Shown one piece after another: positions 31,694-42,479 of a stretch of 64,000 nt of DNA (within the stretch, counting starts at the first letter, position 1; every line of letters begins with the position of its first letter). A program made the position numbers and the translations under genes. Below the pieces are notes generated by a model. That model searched no databases. It was not told the origin of the DNA and saw only the letters and a program-made list of their open reading frames with translations. This stretch comes from an uncultured Gammaproteobacteria bacterium (GTDB lineage Bacteria; Pseudomonadota; Gammaproteobacteria; CAWCPV01). The stretch lies in assembly GCA_963797555.1 (NCBI GenBank), contig CAWCPV010000007.1:352001-416000 (forward strand), read 5' to 3'.

Positions 31694-34600
31694 GGGGCCA
31701 GCGCCAGCCCTGGAGCGCGCCGGGGCGGCAGAAGCCGACGGTCCAGTTCTCGTTGTCGGAGCTGCCGAGAGAGAAGTTCATCGCAGCTCCATCGAACGCC
31801 ACCTCCTGAGCGGGCGAGAACTCGAAGCACAGGTCCCAGTCTCCGCCGGGAAACGCCAGCTCCGCGGCGCTCACCTTGGCCTGAAGAGTTCCGGAGCTGG
31901 CCAACCCCGTCGGCGGCCCGGCGGCCTTCAGGATGCTCCTCCAGCGGGGAGCGCCTTTCGGGGATACCCACCGGCCGGGGATAGTGAAGGACGGGCGGGC
32001 GATCCGCGTCCAGCCCGGCTCCATGCGTATCATGATGCGGTCGCCGAAGAAGACCGCTTGCCAGCGGATACGCTCCCCGGCGGCGGACGCCTGGAGCCCG
32101 GCCGGGGACTCTTGGGGCCAGGTCGTTCCGTTCTCGGTGTCCTCGTAAAGAAGCTTTTCGGCCCCGTCGGATATGGTGAAGAGCGGTGTGCCGGCGAGCC
32201 GCACCGTGTCATCGTCGTCGGCGAGGTAGGTGAACAGCCCCGCAAACATCTGGGCGTCGGCCGTGTAGCGCTGAGCGTGCACTCGATAGACGGCGGGCTT
32301 GGGATAACGGTAGACCGGCACCAGCACCGGTCCAATGGTGACCATGACTCCCTGAGGGGCTGTTCGGAGTCCGCCGCGCGCACTCCGGAAGCGCACCTGA
32401 TAAGGGAGCGTGTGGCGCCCTTGGGGCGGGTCGGCGGATGAGATTTCCACCTGGACTCGGGCGGTGGCTCCGGGCAGCAGGGGACCGAACGTCGGACGCC
32501 CCGGGCTCACGCCAAGGCCTTTGGGGAGGTCGAACTGGAGCTCCCCGGATATCGGCTCGTCGAGGATGTTCTTGACAGTGAACACTACCGAGCGCCGGTC
32601 GCGGGGGAACAGCCGGATGACTTCGGGCAGCGTCGCCACGGACAGGGCGGTGGCCGAAGCTGGCGTGTAGGCTGGATTCGGGGCGATGGGGTGCGCTCCC
32701 GTACTCCAGGTATCCGTCCGCCTCCCTGAACGCCACCGGCTTCCCGTTGAGGGTGACCGGTCCCCGCGCGCCGGGGATGCGAAACGCGCTCCACCCGCCG
32801 CGGGCGGCCACTCCGCCTTTGGGTCCGACCCGCAGGTAGCCGTAATTGCGAAACGCAAACACCGTACGGCTGTCCGCCGGCGCGGCGAGCACTTGCTCGG
32901 TCCGGCTGTCCGGGCCGAGCGTGACCGCCGCATAGTCGGTGAAGGCTGCGGACTCGACGCGGGCGATCACCGCGGTGCGCGTCCTGGCCAGCTCGGAGAC
33001 CCCTGTGACCTTCGGGGCCGCCCCGTTTGCAAAGGGTTCGTGGGTGGCGACGAACACCGTGTCCGCAATCCCGCGGCGGCGCACGACCAGGGTGGGCATC
33101 TCCTGCGGGCCGTAGCCGTAGGCCACCAGAGTGCCCGGCTCTCCGGCCATGTGCACGCGCACAGCCGCCCTGTGCTCATACCATTGCGGACCGAAGTGCG
33201 TCTCGGACGGCCGCTTGCTGGCGGCGCGCCGCTTGCGGGCGCGGGCGCGCTCCTCGATGACGCGGCTGTCGTTCGTTTCCCGGTTGCGGACCGCGGCCTC
33301 GTCCAGCACGAAGTCCAGCGACCAGGCGGCGTCGGTCGCGAGGCTTCGCCGTTCTTTCACCTCCCAGTAACGGCTGCCGAGGGAGTCGGAAGCTCCGAAG
33401 CTGCGGGGCGTGACCGGCTGCGGCCGCCCGAAGCTGTGCAGGAGATAGTCGTACGTGTGGGGAACTCGGCTCGTCCCGCGGAACACGTCGAGCAGGTATT
33501 CGCTGGTCAGGAACAGCGCTCGGGTCTGGTCTACCCCTTCGAACACGCCGGAGGCGGAGGTCGCCAGGAACTTGACATGGGGAGAGAACTCGTGGCGGAT
33601 CGCGGTGGGGATCGCATCGCGGGTCTCCTGCTCGTCCACCATCATGGTGTTGTGAGCGATGGTGTTGCGGGTCCAGCCGATCGAGGGGTTCTCGTACTGC
33701 ACCGTGTTGTAGTCCGGGTACAGGAGGCGGCCCGCTCCGTGCAGCATGATGCTCAGCTTGTCGCGGTGGTCGTGCCCGTAGCCCTGCGTCATGAGCTGGA
33801 AGACCGCAATCGCCTTGCCGCTCGTCCAATAGGACGGCGCCTCGTCGGAGCGCAGCATCGCCAGGCCGTAGCTGGGCCAAACCTTGGAGGGAGCGGCCGG
33901 TAGCTCGACGCTCCCGGGCAGCGGCCGGTCCTCGACCACGTCGGGCTCGTAGTTCTGGACCAACTCCAGGAACGCTGCGTATCGCGGGTCGGCGGAGACG
34001 CCGTAGGCGGCGGCGAGCTCTTCGTGCATGTCGCGGCCCGGTCCTGCCGGGTTCACCAGAAACAGATCTCCCCTCGCGTCGGTCGCCGCGTCCCCATAGT
34101 TCGCTATCCGAATCTGGCCCTTGCCGTACCCCGTCTGCTCTATGGGGTAAGCGGTGTCGATGTAGTAATCCATGAGTCCCTTGGGACTTCCGCCGGCCGG
34201 TGTCTTGCGGTCGAACCAGTCCTTTCCGGTTACGAGCTTCAGGTAGCGAGACATGCGGATCATCAGCAAGAGATCCTGGTTCAGGATGGGGTAGGCCGGG
34301 GCTTCTGCCCAGGGACCACCGTCCTTGAGCATGACGTCCATGGCCGAGAAGTAACCCCCGATCGGCGAGCCGGGTTTGCGGAAAAAGCCCCACTCCAGCG
34401 CGTCCCGATCCTGAGTGACGAGTCCCGCTGCCGCCACCATCCAGGTCGGTTTGTAGACGAGGTTGGGGGTCTGCGTCCAGCGGTCCATGGAGCGCATTCG
34501 GAAACGCGCGGACGTCAGGATGCCGTTTTCGATTCGGCGGCGCTCATCCCTGGCGAGTCCCTGATAGATCCAGTCATAGGCGAGGAGGGGTTTGGCATTC

Positions 34601-35019
34601 AGGTGGTAGTAGACTTGCTGCATGTCATGCTGGCCACCCTTGAAAAAGTTCGGGTCGTTCAGGTGTTCTTGCACACGGAAGATATCCCCCCCCCGATCGG
34701 CGTACTCGAGAAGCCAGTCGCGGGCGGCCGGCAGGTAAGCCGGATCACCGGTCACGGCATAGAAAAAGGCCGACAAGAAAGGGTCGCCGTTTCGTGCCCG
34801 TTCCTTCGCCCGCTCATAGGCGGATTGCTCTGTACCGCCGGCAGCGATCAGCCCGCGAATCCGCGCCCGCTCCGGATCGGGCAGGAGGAATGGCCTTTCG
34901 TGCGCCGGCGCCAACGCCAGAACGCGGTCGACCGCGAGACCCGCGCGTTCGGTGCCCACCCAGCACAGGCCGCCCAGTGCCAGAAGGACCAGCCACGCAC
35001 GGACCGAGCGCCGCTGCAT
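31686..35019 (-). CDS. Large exported heparinase II/III-like polysaccharide lyase-fold protein, frameshift near 32660
   Basis: Signal peptide; HERPFL, DGGPWAEAPAY, GYGHDHRDKLS, IAHNTMMVD motifs; beta-rich C-terminus continues in ORF 31686-32933. Confidence 0.75.
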
Positions 35020-35263
35020 CGGCTGCGGTGCTGCCTCACATCGTCGAACTTTGGGTCGGATACTCACTCGAGGGCACCTCTGAAGTTGCCTGCTGCGGGG
35101 GTGGGCCGCCTGCCTTGGGTAGCGAGGGTCTGGACCGAGGAGCACGGCAAGGACGACTTCCGCCATAACAAGCGCGTCGCGGCGCAGTACAGCCACAAAC
35201 CTCCGCCGCTGCCGCGGCACCGATGTGGCACCCGGACTGCCGCTGCCCGTTCCGCATCGGTCT

Positions 35264-36235
35264 TCAGTGTTGCGGCTCAACGCCCGGGTCGCGGCGTGCG
35301 GCTTCGAACCAGCCCGCTCTTCGCACGCCTTCCGCAAGCACGCGCCGCGCCTGCCAGTAGCGAATCCTGTGGCGCAGCCATGGCCCGATACCGGGTGGCC
35401 TCTGATACTTCTGAACGAGCTTCGCCACCTCGGCGTGTTGCGACGAATAACCCAGCCTGTGGCACAGTCGCAGCAGCTCACCGTGGTGCCTGTACTTCAT
35501 CCACGCCCGCCCGAGGGGACGCTCCTCCAGCGTCCTGCGCCAAACGGAGTTCTTCGGGACCCCGGCCATATCGATCCGCTCGTGGGGGCGGAGTCCCGTC
35601 AAGTCGATCAGCGCGCGGATGCCGGCATCACCGTCGAACAGGTCCTCAGCCCGAAGACGGATTGCCGGGACGGATGGAAACCGCTCTGCCACCTCGAAGC
35701 CCATCTCGAGGCGTTCCAAATGGTTGTAAAGAATCCGCTCGAAGATCCCCATTTCCGTCCACCGCTCCCGATAGGCCGTTAACCGGATGTTGGGGTCGAA
35801 CGGCGTCAGCTTGTTCCCGGACGGGTCGTCTTCCCACCGCGGTACGGAGCGCCACCAGGCGGGATCAGTCATGACGTAGGACGAGGCGACGAGGCTGACG
35901 GGATGCCGATAGAGGAGCAGCAGGCGGAGCTGCGATCCGAACTCCCGGACGAAGAGCGGTGCCAGATGGGACAGACTGTTGCCGAACAGCAGAATCGGCT
36001 TCTCGTTCGCGGTGCGAGCCACCTCCTCGAGCAACCAGGCGATGCGCGGATCTCGCGTTGCCTCACGCTGCGCCGACTCGTCGAAACAACGGAAGAGACG
36101 GCGAAGTCGGGCCTCGCGATGGGACAGCATTTCGTGCTCGCTGCGAACCTCCTTCCCGTAGAGAGACCCGAAGAGTCGCCAGAGAAACGTCGTTCCCGAC
36201 CGTCCCGAGGACAGTGTCAGAAGGATGGGATACAC
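35264..36235 (-). CDS. Sulfotransferase-like P-loop protein
   Basis: LSSGRSGTTFL, HE, LYRHP..ASS, RAEDL. Confidence 0.7.
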   Translation of the reverse strand: MYPILLTLSSGRSGTTFLWRLFGSLYGKEVRSEHEMLSHREARLRRLFRCFDESAQREATRDPRIAWLLEEVARTANEKPILLFGNSLSHLAPLFVREFGSQLRLLLLYRHPVSLVASSYVMTDPAWWRSVPRWEDDPSGNKLTPFDPNIRLTAYRERWTEMGIFERILYNHLERLEMGFEVAERFPSVPAIRLRAEDLFDGDAGIRALIDLTGLRPHERIDMAGVPKNSVWRRTLEERPLGRAWMKYRHHGELLRLCHRLGYSSQHAEVAKLVQKYQRPPGIGPWLRHRIRYWQARRVLAEGVRRAGWFEAARRDPGVEPQH

Positions 36236-36369
36236 CGGCTATTCCGCCAGTCCGCAGTGAACGTATCTGCCGTAGCCCGTCAGAGCGACTTTTCGTGGCC
36301 AGCTCAGGTAGAGGCGTGCCCGGCTAGCGTCGCCGGGGCAACGATCTCGTGGAACAGGCGCCTGCTCCC

Positions 36370-37104
36370 TCATGGTCCTGAGCTGCCGTCGAATGCGGTA
36401 CTGTATCCGAAAGAGCGGAAATCCTCGTCATAAACGTCTGCGATGATCGCTCGTGACTCATCGCAGTAATAATGCGAGTAAGGCTGGTGGTGCGTAGCAT
36501 TTGTCCTGGGTATGTGAGTAGGTGGAAGCCCCAGAAGCGTCAGGAGCGTGGCGAAGTCTGCTTCCAGTGACTCGTAACGCCCGATGAAATCTACGTCGAT
36601 ACTGTCGAGCCATCTCGCTTGCGCATTGCACTGGCTCAGGCCGATGTCATTGTATAGCCCGATGGGCGCGAACTCGCCATCTCTGAGCTTCCGGCAAAAT
36701 GCCACGAAAGACAAGCCGGGGTCCAAGCGGGGCCTTTTCTTCAAGTAGTGGAACAAAGACACCGCCCGATCGTACGGGTTCCGTACAAAGCAGAACTTGA
36801 ATGCCGACTCGTGGTAGCTGCGGGAGACGTAACCAGCCTCCACGAGTTGCAGGTAGCTCATATGCCCGAACGTAACGGCTCCTTTCTGTGGGAAGCGATA
36901 TCTCACCAGATCCGTCGAGTTGAGCATCGGGCAGCTAAGCGCAGTCTGGATGCTGGTTCCCGCGGTCTTGGGGATCCAAAGAAAAACCGCATCGTTTGAT
37001 TTCCGGGCTTGCACGTAGTGCCTCAGCCAGGCAAGGCGCGAGCGATCGTGTAGGCCTGCGGCGACTTTGCGCGTGAGCTGCCTGACCTGGGAAAGCGATG
37101 ACAT
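36370..37104 (-). CDS. Sulfotransferase family 2 (carbohydrate sulfotransferase-like)
   Basis: WIPKTAGTSI, FVRNPYDRAVSLF, DFIGRYESLEADF, DFRSFGY. Confidence 0.9.
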   Translation of the reverse strand: MSSLSQVRQLTRKVAAGLHDRSRLAWLRHYVQARKSNDAVFLWIPKTAGTSIQTALSCPMLNSTDLVRYRFPQKGAVTFGHMSYLQLVEAGYVSRSYHESAFKFCFVRNPYDRAVSLFHYLKKRPRLDPGLSFVAFCRKLRDGEFAPIGLYNDIGLSQCNAQARWLDSIDVDFIGRYESLEADFATLLTLLGLPPTHIPRTNATHHQPYSHYYCDESRAIIADVYDEDFRSFGYSTAFDGSSGP

Positions 37105-37201
37105 GACGGTGCGCGCGTATAGGCGAGGAATCCGGGAGACCTCGCGGCGGTGCCGTGCGAGGCTCAGGCGTCGATCGGCGCCTTGTGACGTGCTCGCCGG
37201 A

Positions 37202-38263
37202 TCAAGCCACCGGACTCGCCGGGGGTGGTGACTCGGCCGCCATGCCCGCCGGACTGAGCGGCGTCGGAGTTCGGCTCGGCTGCGAGTGCGCTCGTGATCG
37301 ATCCAGCCAACCCGACAGGATGCCGACCGTCTTCCAACCGATGGTGGCGGAGAGTCCCCGGTAGAGGCGGTAGTCCCATCCCTTGGCCCGCGGGCGCCCT
37401 GCCGCGTGGCGAGACCGCCCCAAGAGCGTCTTGGCCTCCGCAACCAGGCCCACCGCCGCGCATTGGCGGGCGAGCAGAAACAGCGTGCGGGCGAAACGCT
37501 GCATCTCGGGCGAGCCCGGGTCGATGCCGGCGCGCCGCGCGTGGTCGTGGATGAGCACATGTGCGCGGGCGCGGTCCCGCATCGCCGCGGGGTCTCGCCG
37601 CCAGGCGAGGCTGAGCCCCGGGCCGTCGTGCATCCTTATTTCGGCGATGAACGCGTCGCAGTGGTGCAGCCGGACGCCCTGGGCCGCAATGCGGCAGTCG
37701 TATTCCCAGTCCTCCGCTTGCCGCAGCGTGGTCCACGGCCCAGCCGCGTCGGTCACGCTTCGGCGGTAGAGGGGCACCAACGTGCTCCAGCACCGGTCCA
37801 GGAGGAAAGCGGGAAACATCGCGTCGATTCGTTCCCCGGTCCGCTTCCAAGGCTCGTCGCTGGGCCGCGCGCCCCGGCGGTAGTGCCGCGTCTTGCCGTA
37901 GGAGACCCCGCACCCGGGATTCGCCCGCAGCCCGGCCACCTGCAGCTCGAACTTGCACGGCAGCAGCAAATCGTCGCTGTCGAGGTACTGAATGAACTCG
38001 CCCCTGGCCCGGAGTCTCCCCGCCTCCCGGGCCGCGCCCGGACCGCCGTTCTCTCGGTGCACGAGGCGAATGATGTCGGGGTACCGTGCCGCCAGCTCCT
38101 CGGCCACCCGGCCCGTGTCATCGGTCGAGCCGTCGTCCACGATGATCAGCTCGATCGGGCGGTACGTCTGTCCGACCACGCTGGCCACGGCTTCCACCAG
38201 CATGTCGGGCCGGTTGTACACCGGAAGGACGGTGGAGACCAATCCCGCTGCTACGGTCGGCAC
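37202..38263 (-). CDS. Glycosyltransferase family 2
   Basis: LPVYNR, VDDGSTD, YLDSDD, EDWEY. Confidence 0.9.
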   Translation of the reverse strand: MPTVAAGLVSTVLPVYNRPDMLVEAVASVVGQTYRPIELIIVDDGSTDDTGRVAEELAARYPDIIRLVHRENGGPGAAREAGRLRARGEFIQYLDSDDLLLPCKFELQVAGLRANPGCGVSYGKTRHYRRGARPSDEPWKRTGERIDAMFPAFLLDRCWSTLVPLYRRSVTDAAGPWTTLRQAEDWEYDCRIAAQGVRLHHCDAFIAEIRMHDGPGLSLAWRRDPAAMRDRARAHVLIHDHARRAGIDPGSPEMQRFARTLFLLARQCAAVGLVAEAKTLLGRSRHAAGRPRAKGWDYRLYRGLSATIGWKTVGILSGWLDRSRAHSQPSRTPTPLSPAGMAAESPPPASPVA

Positions 38264-38312
38264 GGATGCGCGACCCCGCCGGCCAGCCAACGCCCGTGCA
38301 ACGGTTTTCCCA

Positions 38313-39119
38313 TCAGGCCGCGTAGACCACTTCGTTGCCGGCCAGGAACCTGAGGAAGGCGATGTCGGTGCCCTCGATGCGATGGATGGCGTGCCCTTCG
38401 CGCAAGAAGTCCCGAAGCCAGCTCCCCGTTCCGAAGTGCGTGGCGTCGTGCCATAGGACAGCACCGTCGCTGCGGTCGACGAGTTTCAGCGCCTCCCGGG
38501 TATCGTGGGCGACAACGTCGTAAGCGTGGCCTCCGTCGACGAAGATCACCTGGTAGGGAGCTTCCGCGCTGGCGTCGAACGTTCGCGAATCCCCGTACCA
38601 CTGGATGATCCGCTGCCTCTCGGGTTGAGCCAGAAACCGCTGGCCGCTCTTCACCTTCGTGCTGAGTCGGGCGTCCGGGCCGTGGAGGGCATCGGGATGG
38701 GCGGCGACATAGTCTTCCGGCAGGTTGAGCGTGTACAGCGCACCGGAGGCGGGCAGGTTGCACGCCATGGCGAGCGCCGACCTTCCGTCGTACGTGCCGA
38801 TCTCATAGACCTTGCGCGCTTTCGTAACGGACACCACGGCCGCCAGGACGAACAGCTCCAGGCATGAGCAGTTGTGCTGCCGCGGCGCGAGCGACTTCAA
38901 CGCGACCGCCGTACCGTCGTCGAAGTCTTCCGGGATCAGGGTGTCCAGCGGCACCGAAGGAATCGGGTGCCACGCAAGCCGCGCATATTCCAGGAAGCGG
39001 TGACGCCTCGCGGGGCTTGCCGCCATCCACAGCGGATAGGTCGTGGCGACCGCAGAGCCTCTGAGCCATGCTCCAGCGTGGAAAAGCAAGTCGCGACTCC
39101 AGTGCCGGCGCGAGCCCAT
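38313..39119 (-). CDS. Class I SAM-dependent methyltransferase (Methyltransf_24-like)
   Basis: EIGTYDGRS, GDS, FVDGGHAY..VAHDT, WHD. Confidence 0.88.
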   Translation of the reverse strand: MGSRRHWSRDLLFHAGAWLRGSAVATTYPLWMAASPARRHRFLEYARLAWHPIPSVPLDTLIPEDFDDGTAVALKSLAPRQHNCSCLELFVLAAVVSVTKARKVYEIGTYDGRSALAMACNLPASGALYTLNLPEDYVAAHPDALHGPDARLSTKVKSGQRFLAQPERQRIIQWYGDSRTFDASAEAPYQVIFVDGGHAYDVVAHDTREALKLVDRSDGAVLWHDATHFGTGSWLRDFLREGHAIHRIEGTDIAFLRFLAGNEVVYAA

Positions 39120-39132
39120 CGACCCTCATCCC

Positions 39133-39962
39133 TCAACCCGCGCCCTCGGGCCGGCTCCCAAGGATGCGCTTCTTGCCGATGTAGGCGAGCGCGCCGTAAT
39201 GCATGTCCGGTTCGTGCATCTCTTCGCGGGGCACCAAGCGGTAAAAGACCCGGTCACAGACGCGGTCGAGCAGCGGCTCGACCTGCGGGTGGGAGAGCAC
39301 GAACGGATGGCCGGCGTTGAACGGAGTACCGTCGGCCGAGCTGGTCAGAATCCTGTCCGAAGACCAGGTATCCTCCGGGGGCCGTGATTCTCAGCGCCTC
39401 GTCGAGACATCGCCTGGCATCCTGGACGTGGTCCAGGACGTTGATGAGGATGGTCAGGTCGAAGTAGTCGCTCCGGTACGGGCATTCCTCGGCCGGATGG
39501 AAGTCCACGCTGACCCGTCCTTCCCGATGCGCTCTGCCAACCCAGGCCTGGCCGTACCGGATGTAGCTCGCCGCGAGGGGGTCGCTGCAGTGCATGTAGC
39601 GGATGTCCCGGTCCTCGCTAATCAGCCGGATGTTGCTGTAGGGGCCGCACCCGAGCTCGCAGGCGTTCTCGAACCTCGACGGCAGGTCCGCATAGTCGTT
39701 GAACTGCGCCTTCCACCAGTAGTTCCTGTCATCGAATGCCGGTTTCGTGGTGCGAGCGCGCAGCCCCAATACTACCAGGACGGGACGCAAGGCGCGCTTC
39801 CACAGGGGCGGGGGAATGTTCTGCCTGTCCCAAAAGGCCCGCTCCCAGTTCTGGGCCTCGATCCACCTCTGCTGCGAGACTGCCGGCGGGGATCTCGCCC
39901 ATGAGGGCGGAGCCAGGTTCGTCCTGCACGCCCGTTCTCTGCTGCTCCTGTAGTGGGGTCAT
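39133..39962 (-). CDS. Class I SAM-dependent methyltransferase, frameshifts near 39900 and 39350
   Basis: RWIEAQNWERAFW, ELGCGP, DPLA, NVLDHV, PGGYL; tail GHPF..HYG in another frame. Confidence 0.75.
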
Positions 39963-41275
39963 GGCGCGGCTTCTCCGTGACGCGTTCCAAGGGTCTGTGT
40001 GGCGTGGCCCGCAGTCGCTTGCCGTCGCCGGCGGATGACCGCGCGCAGCAGCGCTGCGATCTCGTCACCGATGCGGGCCCACGAGAACCTGGGATAGACC
40101 GACCGGGCGGCATTCTCCGACAGTCGTCTCAATTTCGCCGGGTCAGCCGCCAGGGCATGCACGGCCTGCGCGAGCGCGCGGGGCGCATCGGGGGGGACGA
40201 GCATGCCGCTCTCACCGTCCTCGACCAGAAAGGGGATGCCGCCGACGGCGGCGCCCACGACGGGTCGTCCGCAGACCCGCGCTTCGAGTACCACTCCCGG
40301 CAGCGGATCGCTGCGCGACGGGACACAAACAACGTCGGCCCATCGGTAGTGTTGCGCCAGCGCCTCGCGCGGCGCGGGACCGACAAACGCGACGTGGTCG
40401 TAAAGAGCGCTCCGCCCGACATCCGCCCGCAGAGCGGTCTCCAGGGGGCCGGAGCCGACGATGCGAAGCTCGATCCTCAGGCCGCGGCCCACCAGAATGC
40501 CCAGCGCTTCAATCAGCGTGTCGACCCCTTTCTCGGGAGCGAGGCGTCCGACGTACAGGAGTCGGAAGGCCGAATCTATACGGTCCCGTGTCGTCCCGGA
40601 GACTGGGACCTCGTCGGGGAGTCCGATGTCTGCCGGGTCGATCCCGTTCGGCACCACGTGCACGGCGTCCGGATTGGCCCCGCCGCGTTTTGCGCACTCT
40701 GCCATGTGCGGAGACAACGCGACGACCAAGCCGGCATGGCGGTAAGCGGGCGGGGTGACCCGACGATAGAACAGCGTCAAGCGCCTGTCATAGGTGCCGG
40801 GCGGGCGATCGAAGATGTCCCCGTGGGTCACCACGCCGTAGGGCACGCCGTGCCGCAGCCGGAGAGGGTTTGCGGCGAGCGCGGCGAGCGCATGGCTGTG
40901 GCAGAGGACGAACGCGACCGGGTCCCGCCGATGCAGCGCCGCCAGCCGGCGCCGTGCGGCGTAGGCGGACGCGAGCTGATTGGGGACGTGACAGAATCGC
41001 CGCAGGTAGTCGAAGCGGGGCGCCGTCACGGGCTCCAGCGCGACGCCGGGCAGTCCCTCGGCCGGCAGCGTCTCGGAGAGCAGGGTCACCCGGAAGGAGC
41101 GGCTGAGCTCGCGCGCCTGGCGCAGCGCCACGCTCGCGACGCTTCCCTGGGAGCCACATCCGGGGCACGCGATGACGACGTGATCGCGGTGCTCCCCCGA
41201 CCCGGGTTGGGCGGCGCTGCCCGCACTTCCTGCCTGGGGCCGGGTGCGGCTGACGGGCGATTCGGCTGGGATCAT
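39959..41275 (-). CDS. Glycosyltransferase family 4
   Basis: THG, PNGID, VGRLAPEKG, DPLPGVVLEA. Confidence 0.92.
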   Translation of the reverse strand: MIPAESPVSRTRPQAGSAGSAAQPGSGEHRDHVVIACPGCGSQGSVASVALRQARELSRSFRVTLLSETLPAEGLPGVALEPVTAPRFDYLRRFCHVPNQLASAYAARRRLAALHRRDPVAFVLCHSHALAALAANPLRLRHGVPYGVVTHGDIFDRPPGTYDRRLTLFYRRVTPPAYRHAGLVVALSPHMAECAKRGGANPDAVHVVPNGIDPADIGLPDEVPVSGTTRDRIDSAFRLLYVGRLAPEKGVDTLIEALGILVGRGLRIELRIVGSGPLETALRADVGRSALYDHVAFVGPAPREALAQHYRWADVVCVPSRSDPLPGVVLEARVCGRPVVGAAVGGIPFLVEDGESGMLVPPDAPRALAQAVHALAADPAKLRRLSENAARSVYPRFSWARIGDEIAALLRAVIRRRRQATAGHATQTLGTRHGEAAP

Positions 41276-41405
41276 GGGTCGTGAGCTGGCCGCGGCGGAT
41301 CAGCCGGGCCCAGCCATCGTGCTGTCGCACAGAGAGCGCCCCTCGGGGCTGCCCCACCCGAAGCACGAAGCCTCGCAGAGCGAAGCGCCTCGGCGGCTCC
41401 GCACT

Positions 41406-42341
41406 TCAGCGCTTCCTCGCGTCCGCGCCTCCGGCGGCCAAGAGCCGCGGGCTCTCCCGGCTCAGACGGTATGCCTGCCACAGGCCGCGCACTTCGCCCG
41501 TCAACTTCACGGGAATCCACCACGGATGCCGCAGGTGATAGCGGGTACGGATCGAGCGCAACAACCTTCCCAGAACATAAGCCATTCTCTCGCTGCCGGC
41601 ACTCTCCCGAAACGCGAAATAATAGTCGCCCACGCTGTGGGCCGGACTGCCGCTCCGCAGGTGGCCTCCCCAGGCACGGATGCCCCCGCGGGCCGCCTGC
41701 AGGTGGCGCACTGAAGCGGCTGGATCGAAGAACACTTTCCCTCCCAGGCGGATGAGCCTCCGGCAAAACTCGGTCTCGAAGCGATAGGCCACCCCGAGGA
41801 AGCTCTCATCGAAGCCACCCGCTTGTAGTGCGCGATCTGTCCGTACCGACAGGTTCCCCGCCATGCAGTTGAATACCTGCCGACGGAGGTCCCCGTTGAA
41901 CGGGAACTCCAGGTCGCGCCAGATTCCCCGGCGCGTTCCACCGTCGGCGCCTTGCAGCGGCGACTGGCCGGGTTGCAGAATCTGACCTACGACGGCCCAG
42001 GTATCAGCGTCGGCATAGTTGCGAGCATGCTCGCCGAGCATGCCCGGTCCGGGCACGATGTCGTCGTCGACGAAGAGCACGATGGGCGCTTTGGCTTCGC
42101 CCAGCCCGTGGTTCATCGCCTGCGGGACCGAGGGTACGGTGCGCCGGAGCCATCGCACGGTGCCTTGGCGTTCCCAGGCCTCGAGCTGTGCAGCGACTTC
42201 GGGCTCTGGCTGCGCTGTCTGGTCGGCGAGGATGATCTCGACCGGACGGGGCTCCTGCGCAAGCAGCAGGCGCACCGTGTCCACGAGCACCGGACCCCGC
42301 TCGTAGGTGGGGATGACGACAGAGACCGGGCTCTGCGTCAT
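41406..42341 (-). CDS. Glycosyltransferase family 2
   Basis: VVIPTYER, FVDDD, GGFDE. Confidence 0.9.
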   Translation of the reverse strand: MTQSPVSVVIPTYERGPVLVDTVRLLLAQEPRPVEIILADQTAQPEPEVAAQLEAWERQGTVRWLRRTVPSVPQAMNHGLGEAKAPIVLFVDDDIVPGPGMLGEHARNYADADTWAVVGQILQPGQSPLQGADGGTRRGIWRDLEFPFNGDLRRQVFNCMAGNLSVRTDRALQAGGFDESFLGVAYRFETEFCRRLIRLGGKVFFDPAASVRHLQAARGGIRAWGGHLRSGSPAHSVGDYYFAFRESAGSERMAYVLGRLLRSIRTRYHLRHPWWIPVKLTGEVRGLWQAYRLSRESPRLLAAGGADARKR

Positions 42342-42479
42342 GCCCCGCTCAGCCGAATGCCGGTCAAACCAGCCGCCGCAGGGCGCCGTGGGGTACCTTG
42401 CGCAGCCGTCTCGGCCGCGTACGACGGAGATGACGGCCGACACGGACCGCCCATCGGCCGTTTATCCGTGTCCTGCGGC

